Shown in pieces: positions 56,799 through 64,000 of a DNA stretch of 64,000 nucleotides. The stretch's first letter is position 1; every line of letters begins with the position of its first letter. Source of the stretch: an uncultured Bacteroidota bacterium. GTDB taxonomy: Bacteria; Bacteroidota; Ignavibacteria; UBA10030; UBA6906. Position numbers and translations under genes: made by a program. The stretch is taken from positions 448,001 to 512,000 of the forward strand of contig CAVOYH010000004.1 in the NCBI GenBank assembly GCA_963700635.1. Reading direction: 5' to 3'. The notes under the pieces were generated by a model that did no database searches, was not told where the DNA came from, and saw only the letters and a program-made list of their open reading frames with translations.

Positions 56799-58910
56799 TT
56801 AGTCCTTCATGCCCAGCAGATCGAGCATGAACGCATACTTGAGCGCCGTCAGATGCTGGCGCTCAAACCGGCCTGATTCTCCCGAGTGCCCTGCACCCAT
56901 GTTCACCTTAAAAAGGACCGGGTTTGCGCCGGTGTTGTGCTCCCGCACCTTGGCCACCCACTTGGCAGGGGAAAAGTAGGGTACCTGGGTGTCGTTCAGC
57001 CCGCCGGTCGCCAGGATCGCGGGGTAGCGGGCGTCCTGTACGTTGTCGTACGGGGACCAGGTCAGCATATACCGGTAGTGCTCTTCGATACCCGGATTTC
57101 CCCACTCATCGTATTCAAGCGTCGTGAGGGGGAGATCCGGGTTCTGCATGTCGGTAATAACATCCATCCACGGGACCTCGGCCAGGATACCTCTAAAAAG
57201 GTCCGGGCGCATATTGGTCACGACTCCCATGAGCATCCCACCGGCACTCCCGCCGTTGGCAAAGAGCCTGTCCGCCGACGTGAACTGTTTGTCCACCAGA
57301 TACTGCGCACACGCGATGTAGTCAGTGAAGGTGTTTTTCTTCGTGAGGACCTTTCCATCTTCGTACCACTGGCGTCCCATCTCCTGCCCGCCGCGCACAT
57401 GGGCGATTCCATAAACAAACCCCCGGTCCAGGAGACTTATCACCGATGCATTAAAGTTCGGATCGGAACTGGCGCCGTATGATCCGTATGCATAGAGCAA
57501 CAACGGATTGGTCCCACTCTGCGTAAAAAGAGCCTTCTTGTACACAATGCTGACCGGTATGTGTGCTGTATCCGGAGCCGGGACCCAGATACGCCTCGTC
57601 TCGTACAGTGACATATCATATTTCACTCCGACCTTCTGTCTCTTGAGCAACAACCGTTCGCTGGTGGCGAGATTGTACCGGTAGTCGGACCGTGGTGTCG
57701 TGAGCGATGTATAGGAAAAGCGGATGCTGTCAAGTGTATAGGAATCCGTTGCAGTCGAAATGTCTGCCACATAGGCCTGCTCGGAGAATTCCACATATTC
57801 CGAATTCCGAGTGCGTCGATCCGTAATAAGAATCTGTGTCAGACCGTTGATCTTCTGCTGTGCCACAACGTAGTCGGAAAACACCTCAACTTCTTCGAGG
57901 AGTGCGTCCGGACGATGAGGAACAACGTCTTTCCATCCCGCGAGGCCGGGATTGAGAATGGGCGCGCGAACCAGCTTGAAGTTTCGGGCGTACCTGTTGG
58001 TGTAGATATAAAAGGAATTATCCTCGTGGTCAACCATCGTGTACAGAAGGTCTTTGCGTCGCGGCTGGACGAGGACCGGCGGAGTGGAGGGTGAATCCGC
58101 CGGTATGTACCGGCACTCGCTCGTAAGCGTGCTTCCAGAGGTGATAAAAATATATGCATTGTCCTTCGTCGTTGTGAGCCCGACGTCAAAAGTGCTGTCA
58201 GACTCCCGGTACACTTCACGGTCCATGGACGTCGGAGTCCCGAGCTGATGGATCATGACTTTGTATGGACGGACGGTGTGATCATTGCTGACATAGAAGA
58301 TCGAGGTATTATCATTTCCCCAGGCATAGGATCCGCTCGTATTGGGAATCGTTTCCTGCGTTTCAGCGGACGTCCGGAGGTTTTTTACATGTAATACAGA
58401 ACGGCGGTCTCCAGATGTATCAATAGCGTATGCCACCCACTGGTTGTCGGGACTGATACGATAACCGCGTACGAGGTAAATCTGGTGGCCTGCAGACATT
58501 CCCGGGATATCCAGAAATATCTCTTCAGGGGCACTCAGCTCCCCGTTCTTCCGGCAGTAAAAGGGGTATTGATTGCCCTGTGTATACCGTGTGTAGTACC
58601 AGTACCCGTTGCGCCTGACCGGAAGCGATTGGTGCTCCTGTTCGATTCGTTCGACCAGTTCGTCGTAGATCGTGTTCTGGAGGGGCACGGTGGCTCGAAG
58701 TTTGGCCTCTGTAAAGGTATTCTCCTGGCGGAGATGCCGGATCACGGCGCTGTCGGCCGGGTTGTTAAGCCAGTAGTAATTGTCAACACGCGTCTGGCCG
58801 AACTCCACAAATGTCGTGGGGATCTTTTTTGTTACAACAGGTTCCGGCTGGCCGCAACCGCAGACAAACGCGGAAAGGACCAGGACAGGCAGGAAATGGG
58901 ATTTGCTCAT
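56799..58910 (-). CDS. ptrB: Oligopeptidase B (S9A), probable lipoprotein
   Basis: DNYYWL, YGSYG, SLLDRGFVY.IAHVRGG.EMGRQWYEDGK, GGSAGG, VPWMDV, DTQVPY..PAKW, MGAGH. Confidence 0.92.
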   Translation of the reverse strand: MSKSHFLPVLVLSAFVCGCGQPEPVVTKKIPTTFVEFGQTRVDNYYWLNNPADSAVIRHLRQENTFTEAKLRATVPLQNTIYDELVERIEQEHQSLPVRRNGYWYYTRYTQGNQYPFYCRKNGELSAPEEIFLDIPGMSAGHQIYLVRGYRISPDNQWVAYAIDTSGDRRSVLHVKNLRTSAETQETIPNTSGSYAWGNDNTSIFYVSNDHTVRPYKVMIHQLGTPTSMDREVYRESDSTFDVGLTTTKDNAYIFITSGSTLTSECRYIPADSPSTPPVLVQPRRKDLLYTMVDHEDNSFYIYTNRYARNFKLVRAPILNPGLAGWKDVVPHRPDALLEEVEVFSDYVVAQQKINGLTQILITDRRTRNSEYVEFSEQAYVADISTATDSYTLDSIRFSYTSLTTPRSDYRYNLATSERLLLKRQKVGVKYDMSLYETRRIWVPAPDTAHIPVSIVYKKALFTQSGTNPLLLYAYGSYGASSDPNFNASVISLLDRGFVYGIAHVRGGQEMGRQWYEDGKVLTKKNTFTDYIACAQYLVDKQFTSADRLFANGGSAGGMLMGVVTNMRPDLFRGILAEVPWMDVITDMQNPDLPLTTLEYDEWGNPGIEEHYRYMLTWSPYDNVQDARYPAILATGGLNDTQVPYFSPAKWVAKVREHNTGANPVLFKVNMGAGHSGESGRFERQHLTALKYAFMLDLLGMKD

Positions 58911-59015
58911 CTGGCACGCCTCGTAAGAGATTGTCAGGGTAAGTTTCGATGATCGTAACGTCGGAGTAGAGTACTGATTATTCTGCTGTATCTCAAATGC
59001 CCACTGCCGGTACCT

Positions 59016-60314
59016 TCAGCCGGTTGATGCTGGTCTGCCCGGCGGTGAGTCCACAATCTGCTGTAATCGGCTGACCACCTGGATCATCGAACGCACGGTA
59101 TGGTAGTTGATTTTCCAGCCGTGTCCGAGCACTCCATCTATGACCTTCCCTTCGCGGGATACACGTTCGTACCATTCTCCCCCGCCTTCCATATTGACAA
59201 TGTGGGTGAACAGGAAATCCCAGACCTTCCGGAATGAAGTCCAGTACCGTTCCTCACCGAAGTGAATGTACCCATCCAGCAATCCGATAAGCACTTCCCC
59301 CTGCTGCCAGAACTGTTTTTGTGTATGGGTGGTCGGCGCTTGATCCGGTCCTTCGCAATAGACGCCGCCAAACTCGTGGTCAAAGCCGTAACGGAGACAG
59401 TGATCGCACATGTTTCGGAGTACCGCCGTATAGTGAGCCGGGTCCAGACCGAGGACTTCCGCTGCGTGCAGTAACAACCAGGCAAATTCAACGTTATGTC
59501 CGTATGAGGTAAAGTCCAGCGGATGGGTCGACCCGTCGTCGGGTGCGGCGTCACGTCCCCAGGCAGTAGCGAAGATTATTGCAGGCAGCGGACGAAAATC
59601 GTACGTAAACTGTGCATACCCAGTGCCGGATCCAGGGCGGAGCATCCGGGCGAGCAGCAGGTCGATAACCTCAAGAAGGCGGCGGCGATGGGTGGGATGG
59701 CCGGTCATTTCGTAGAATGTTGTTAGTGCCTCCATCATGTGCATATGCACATCCAGGCTTTTCCTGTCGCCACCAAAACGTCCGGGGCGTTCCGGTTGCC
59801 AATCCCGCTGCATGAGTTCGATGAACCCGCCGTGCCGGGTATCAACCATGTGCTCGCACACTACCCTGTAGGTCGCCTCCGCAGCGGTGCGGCCCCGCTC
59901 GTCGCCCGTTGCGAGGAAGTATTCACTAAATGCGTAGATTCCGAATGTATGACCGTATCCCACTTTCGCGGTGTTGGTCGGATTCCCCTCGCGGTCGGCT
60001 ATCCAGTACCAGCCTCCATGTTCCGCGTCCCAGTAATGATCAAGGATAAACGTGGCGGCCATTTCGGCCAGTTCCGCACAGCGCCCCTGGCCGTATCCCG
60101 CCCGGTGCGCGCTTGCCATCGTGTACAGCATCCGAATCTGAGAGAGGAACGTCTTTGTCGTCTCACCCGTGGGTTTGCCGTTCCGGTCGAAGTGTACAAG
60201 AAACCCCCCTGTTGACGGGTCAGGGGAGCGTTCCATCCAGAAGGGGAGCAGGGATTGCGTCAGATAGGATCGGGCATGGGTCAGAAGATCGGTAACGTCA
60301 GCTGTCGCGGGCAT
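59016..60314 (-). CDS. AGE-family epimerase (cellobiose 2-epimerase / N-acylglucosamine 2-epimerase-like)
   Basis: LLPFW, Q.RMLY, D.EHGGWYW, KSLDVHMHMMEA, SYGHNVEFAWLL, WQQGE, GEWY, WKINYHTVR. Confidence 0.88.
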   Translation of the reverse strand: MPATADVTDLLTHARSYLTQSLLPFWMERSPDPSTGGFLVHFDRNGKPTGETTKTFLSQIRMLYTMASAHRAGYGQGRCAELAEMAATFILDHYWDAEHGGWYWIADREGNPTNTAKVGYGHTFGIYAFSEYFLATGDERGRTAAEATYRVVCEHMVDTRHGGFIELMQRDWQPERPGRFGGDRKSLDVHMHMMEALTTFYEMTGHPTHRRRLLEVIDLLLARMLRPGSGTGYAQFTYDFRPLPAIIFATAWGRDAAPDDGSTHPLDFTSYGHNVEFAWLLLHAAEVLGLDPAHYTAVLRNMCDHCLRYGFDHEFGGVYCEGPDQAPTTHTQKQFWQQGEVLIGLLDGYIHFGEERYWTSFRKVWDFLFTHIVNMEGGGEWYERVSREGKVIDGVLGHGWKINYHTVRSMIQVVSRLQQIVDSPPGRPASTG

Positions 60315-60466
60315 ACTCTCCTCCGGGTGATTGCCGTTTGGGTAAAACGGAACAGTACGCGATGGGAATTGAGGTACCGGGATGTGCGCATGCGGTACGT
60401 GTGTAAGATGCGTAACGCGAGATGCATTAGCAAGAGAGGTAGCGGAGCGAGGGCAGCGCTCAAACG

Positions 60467-60499
60467 AACAGGGGCCGGATGTGTGATCCGGCCCCTGTT
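60467..60499 (-). terminator. Intrinsic terminator after the YidB gene
   Basis: Perfect 14-bp stem AACAGGGGCCGGAT-N5-ATCCGGCCCCTGTT with a T-rich tail on the minus strand. Confidence 0.7.
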
Positions 60500-60528
60500 G
60501 TGGAGCGTGAGGGTAATGCGTGTGTAGT

Positions 60529-60927
60529 CTACTTCATGAGCCCTTTCAGGAGCCCCATTCCCTGCGACATGATGTCACCCTGCGGGATTTTTCCGCCCGC
60601 GGTGAGTTTATCAACCACGTCGGGAAGAAGTTTGGACAACTGGGATGTCACGTCGCCGGGAGCCATCCCTGCAGTTGTTGCAAGGTCCGTGATCGTCTTC
60701 GTCCCAAAGCCCTTCTCCACCTGCTGAGGTGTGATCGGGAGGTTCGTCCCGGTACTTATCCACGAATTGACGATGTCGCCCAGCCCCTGTCCCGCAAATT
60801 GTTTCACAAGGCCTTCAATCCCGCCGCTCTTCGGGTTTCCGATAAGTCCCATGACTGCAGTAATCAGCTGACTCTGTGAGCCGCCTCCGCCCATAACCTG
60901 TCCGGCGATGCTTTCGAGTATTCCCAT
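60529..60927 (-). CDS. YidB/DUF937-family protein
   Basis: GGIEGLV..F...GLGDIVNSWISTG.NLPITPQQV...LP.VVDKLT..G. Confidence 0.9.
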   Translation of the reverse strand: MGILESIAGQVMGGGGSQSQLITAVMGLIGNPKSGGIEGLVKQFAGQGLGDIVNSWISTGTNLPITPQQVEKGFGTKTITDLATTAGMAPGDVTSQLSKLLPDVVDKLTAGGKIPQGDIMSQGMGLLKGLMK

Positions 60928-60992
60928 AATATCTCCTTTTGTGATCGGTTAAAAAAGTAAGTTGTCATTCAGAACGTTACCTCTCCGCGCAA

Positions 60993-61021
60993 GGAGCCTC
61001 CGGCGGGGCCGGAGGCGCTCC
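60993..61021. terminator. Hairpin after the OmpA gene
   Basis: GCCTCCGGC-GGG-GCCGGAGGC stem extended by GGAG/CTCC. No U-tract. Confidence 0.45.
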
Positions 61022-61033
61022 TGGCGGATAGAA

Positions 61034-62554
61034 CTATTTCGTGCGATAGAACTCGATACGTCTGTTCTGCGCACGACCTTCAGGCGTCGAGTTGTCCGCA
61101 ATCGGGTTCTCGGGGCCATATCCGTTCACCGCGATGCGGCCGGGTGCGATCCCCTTCATCACAAGCCACGCCTTGACGGTTTCTGCACGGCGTAAAGAAA
61201 GGTTTTTGTTGCTCGCCACCCTGCCCACGTTATCGGTGTAGCCGCGAATCTCTACGGCAATGGTCGGATTGTCATTGAGGGTGTTGAGTGCATCCATCAG
61301 ATTCTCCTCGGATGCCTGTTCGATGGTAGACTTGCCGGACCCGAATACGATTCCTTCGAGCACGATAGCCTTCCCAACCTCTATCGCCTGGATGGCCTTC
61401 TTCGGGACGTCGTCCTTCGGATCAAGAGGGTTCTTGCCTTTGGCAATTTCCTGGCCATCACTGACGGTGCCACCATCGGTATCTGCCTTGAGGGGACTGG
61501 TGCGATATTTGACTACTTCGTCGCTATCACTCAGGCCATCTCCATCGGTGTCGGCTTTCAGGGGGTCCGTCAGGTATTGTGAGACTTCCTCTCCATCGTT
61601 CAAGCCATCAGCATCAGTGTCTGCTTTTAACGGGTCGGTGTGATGTTTGTGGATCTCATCACCGTCCTTAAGCTTGTCACCATCAGTGTCAGCGTTTACA
61701 GGGGAGGTATGGAATGTAATAACTTCCTCGCCATCCAGCAGGCCGTCCATATCGGTGTCCGCGACCTTCGGGTCGGTGTTGTGCTTTGCCAGCTCTTCGT
61801 AGTCAGTCAGACCGTCACCATCGGTGTCCGGCTTGTTCATATCGGTACCGATGGATTTCTCGTACCCGTTTGTCAGGAGGTCGCCGTCAGTATCATCATC
61901 GTCGCTGTCGCCGAGATAGAAGTTGACACCCAACCGGCCTGTGGGGTACCAATCGGTTCCCAGAAAATTTTCGGTGCCGGTTGTAAAATTATCGGTATTC
62001 TTGTCCATGATGCGAGCGCCGAGGTCCACGGAAAGAGCCACGCCCCTGGAGAGCGCGATTTCCATACCGACTCCGACCGGGACATGAATCGAAGTGTAAT
62101 TGTCCTCCGCGGGCCAGCCTTTGTCACCTGCGATCGTTCGCTTATAGGAGATCATGCCTACGCCCATATAGATATACGGCGCAACAGTCTTGCCGGCATT
62201 CAGGTGGAACCATGCAACAAGGTCACCGCTCATCCCTTTTGCCGAGAGGTAGGAATTCTGAAGAGCGATCGGGGCCTGGGGCACATTGGACTCTTTTGAG
62301 GTAAGCTCATCCCACCCGCCCATCAGACCAAGCGAGAAATCACGCGTGAATGAATAACGCAGGAACGCGTCTCCGCCTGCGGTGATCGTCCGGGTGTCGA
62401 AATCATTGACCCACATGTTTCCTCCACCCTGGACCCCGAAGGACCAGCGGCCGGAATGGTTAAACCAGCCCGGACTCTGTGGAGGGGCCACCTGTGCGAG
62501 GCCAAAAGTGGCTATCAGGGGCAGCAGAAAGAGAGCAGAAGAAAGTCTTTTCAT
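61034..62554 (-). CDS. OmpA-family protein: beta-barrel, Ca-binding repeats and OmpA C-terminal domain
   Basis: Signal peptide, 8-strand barrel, DTDGDGL.D.EE repeats, EIRGYTDNVG...N..LS.RRA, GYGPENPIADN...GRAQNRRIEF. Confidence 0.92.
   Translation of the reverse strand: MKRLSSALFLLPLIATFGLAQVAPPQSPGWFNHSGRWSFGVQGGGNMWVNDFDTRTITAGGDAFLRYSFTRDFSLGLMGGWDELTSKESNVPQAPIALQNSYLSAKGMSGDLVAWFHLNAGKTVAPYIYMGVGMISYKRTIAGDKGWPAEDNYTSIHVPVGVGMEIALSRGVALSVDLGARIMDKNTDNFTTGTENFLGTDWYPTGRLGVNFYLGDSDDDDTDGDLLTNGYEKSIGTDMNKPDTDGDGLTDYEELAKHNTDPKVADTDMDGLLDGEEVITFHTSPVNADTDGDKLKDGDEIHKHHTDPLKADTDADGLNDGEEVSQYLTDPLKADTDGDGLSDSDEVVKYRTSPLKADTDGGTVSDGQEIAKGKNPLDPKDDVPKKAIQAIEVGKAIVLEGIVFGSGKSTIEQASEENLMDALNTLNDNPTIAVEIRGYTDNVGRVASNKNLSLRRAETVKAWLVMKGIAPGRIAVNGYGPENPIADNSTPEGRAQNRRIEFYRTK
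61409..61909 (-). repeat. Seven ~23-aa TSP3-like Asp-rich coding repeats inside the OmpA gene
   Basis: Consensus DTDGDGLxDGEEVxxYxTDPLKA repeated in tandem. Confidence 0.85.
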
Positions 62555-62683
62555 AGATTTACTCCAATGTGTGATAAGATAGTTCATTGTCACGCTTTGC
62601 GTGGTCGGTTCGTCTACCCCGGATGCTCAAACGGGTCGGCGAGCCTCTTTGGGATTAGTCATGTGACCGATCATTGTATATAT

Positions 62684-62699
62684 TGCGAAACCCGTGCCA
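62684..62699 (-). promoter_or_regulatory. sigma54 promoter for the OmpA gene
   Basis: Minus strand reads TGGCACGGGTTTCGCA (GG-N10-GC). Confidence 0.7.
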
Positions 62700-62797
62700 T
62701 GATTCTAGTCAAGAACGGGGAATTGCTAATGTGTTTATTAATAACAGGTTATCGGATCTTTTCCAGACGGCTACCGGTTGAGATGCTTGAAATGTCC

Positions 62798-62829
62798 CAC
62801 GATATATAGCGGTCTCACGATATATCGTG
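62798..62829. promoter_or_regulatory. Tandem palindromic enhancer (UAS) pair
   Basis: CACGATATATAGCG at 62798 and the perfect palindrome CACGATATATCGTG at 62816, on an 18-bp period. Confidence 0.65.
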
Positions 62830-62877
62830 GGATTCGTGGGTGACGAGAGTAGTGTAGATCGTGGGGGTGGGGGATTG

Positions 62878-64000
62878 TCAGGAAACCGGGTGGAATCCGC
62901 TTTCTGTTCTCTCTATTCCCAGTTTCTTGATCCGGCTTCTGAGGGTTGCGGGTTTGAGGCCCAGAGCAGCAGCCGCACCACGGGGTCCTTCGATTACGCC
63001 GCCGCATTCTTCCAGCGTACGGAGAAGGTGCTGGCGCGCCATCTCGTCATACGTCTGTTTTTTGTTGCCCGTTTGATGCTGCACATGAACAAGCGCGAGT
63101 TGACTTTCTTCGAGGGTATTTCCTTCGCATACAATCATGGCGCGTTCGATAACATTTGCCAGCTCCCTTACGTTTCCCGGCCAGCTGTAGCCCATCAGAG
63201 TGCGCATGGCCTTTGGATCGACAGAGGTAACGTGCTTGTTGGTCCGGCGCGCAAAAAGACGCAAGAAATGTTCGGTGAGCAGCGGTATCTCCTCCGTACG
63301 ATTTCGAAGGGGGGGGATATGAAGGGGAAAGACGTTCAGTCGGAACAGCAGGTCTTCACGGAATCGCCCTGCCTTCACTTCTTCGTTGAGATCACGATTC
63401 GTGGCGGCGACGACCCGGGTATTGATCCTGATGGCATGCGTCCCGCCGACGCGCTCAAATTCCTGCTCCTGCAGGACCCTCAGAAGAGTCGACTGGGTGG
63501 GGAGTGGCAGCTCTCCGATTTCGTCCAGGAATACAGTCCCTCCGTCTGCAAGCTCAAAACGACCGATACGTTTCTGCAGAGCGCCTGTAAAAGCTCCCTT
63601 CTCGTGCCCGAAGAGTTCGCTTTCGACGAGATTTGCAGGAAGTGCCGCGCAGTTGACTGTAACAAGCAGTTTCTTGCTGCGATTGCTCAACCGGTGGATC
63701 TCTCTCGCGACCAGTTCCTTGCCCGTGCCCGTCTCTCCCGTGATCAGTACCGTCGTGTCCGTGACGGCAACCTTGGCAAGATCTTTCATGAGAGCCTTCG
63801 TCGCAGGGGAGGATCCGACAATTTCAGACGTCCCCTGGTTTGTACTCAGGACTTCATGCAGTGTCAGGTTTTCGGTTTCAAGTTTTGAAATCCGGGCTTC
63901 GGCCTGTTTCTGTTCTCGGAGATCACGCCCGAGATACACGACGCCGTGTACAACATGTTCCCCGGTGTCGAGCGGGGCACGCGTGAAACTGACAGGGATA
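62878..64000 (-). CDS. PAS-containing sigma54 activator (FhlA/HyfR-like), 5' end outside the window
   Basis: ITGETGTGKE, ESELFGHEKGAFTGA, GTVFLDEIGE, FREDLLFRLNVFP, WPGNVRELAN, IEGPRGAAAALGLKPATLRSRIKKLG. The frame is open to the window edge with a PAC-like segment. Confidence 0.93.
   Translation of the reverse strand, partial: IPVSFTRAPLDTGEHVVHGVVYLGRDLREQKQAEARISKLETENLTLHEVLSTNQGTSEIVGSSPATKALMKDLAKVAVTDTTVLITGETGTGKELVAREIHRLSNRSKKLLVTVNCAALPANLVESELFGHEKGAFTGALQKRIGRFELADGGTVFLDEIGELPLPTQSTLLRVLQEQEFERVGGTHAIRINTRVVAATNRDLNEEVKAGRFREDLLFRLNVFPLHIPPLRNRTEEIPLLTEHFLRLFARRTNKHVTSVDPKAMRTLMGYSWPGNVRELANVIERAMIVCEGNTLEESQLALVHVQHQTGNKKQTYDEMARQHLLRTLEECGGVIEGPRGAAAALGLKPATLRSRIKKLGIERTESGFHPVS

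Noticed and set aside
61409-61909. Periodic DNA repeats resembling a CRISPR array
   Set aside because: They are degenerate, in-frame protein repeats within the OmpA gene, with no identical repeats and no cas genes.
62827-63888. 353-aa plus-strand ORF
   Set aside because: Antisense shadow of the sigma54 activator, with no independent motifs.
1-64000. tRNA, rRNA, IS elements, prophage or defence genes
   Set aside because: No cloverleaf, rRNA-like tract, transposase, integrase or nuclease motif was recognised by eye. A covariance-model scan would be needed to exclude small RNAs.

Overview
Gene-dense, moderately GC-rich bacterial window. Two proteins end in QNYPNPFNP-type T9SS sorting domains, which points to the Ignavibacteria/Chlorobi/Bacteroidota (FCB) group (inference). 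I found no rRNA, tRNA, CRISPR array, transposase or integrase. Layout: (1) 1-20 kb holds a PAS histidine kinase, glnS convergently overlapping an archaeal-type gatE-gatD pair, a PfkB-HAD fusion, a PP2C phosphatase, an Omp85-like protein, pcm, a C69 dipeptidase, and a propeller sensor kinase/NarL regulator/T9SS cargo module. (2) 20.1-54 kb is a ~34 kb Wzx/Wzy exopolysaccharide locus split into two arms by back-to-back sigma54 promoters. The left arm carries wzz, a BY-kinase, wzy, WecB/TagA, two deacetylases, wzx, glycosyltransferases, a GNAT, an ATP-grasp enzyme and a methyltransferase. The right arm carries wza, a PorV-like barrel, a degenerate sigma54 activator, a WecA fusion, carbamoyltransferase-SxtJ-DUF5989, carAB, three SGNH proteins and two GH18 hydrolases. 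(3) 54-64 kb holds two sigma54 activators, DUF2911-TPR, oligopeptidase B, an AGE-family epimerase, YidB and an OmpA protein. The best candidate for an undescribed system is an MBOAT-free extracytoplasmic polysaccharide carbamoylation pathway: its 55-aa membrane peptide ends in the DltX-type acyl-shuttle motif FIYxxF. The second candidate is an archaeal-type GatDE amidotransferase sitting next to a GlnRS that should make it redundant. Three single-base frameshifts at G runs (near 3685, 7736 and 10110) are most likely sequencing errors. All family calls come from motif recognition, not database searches.
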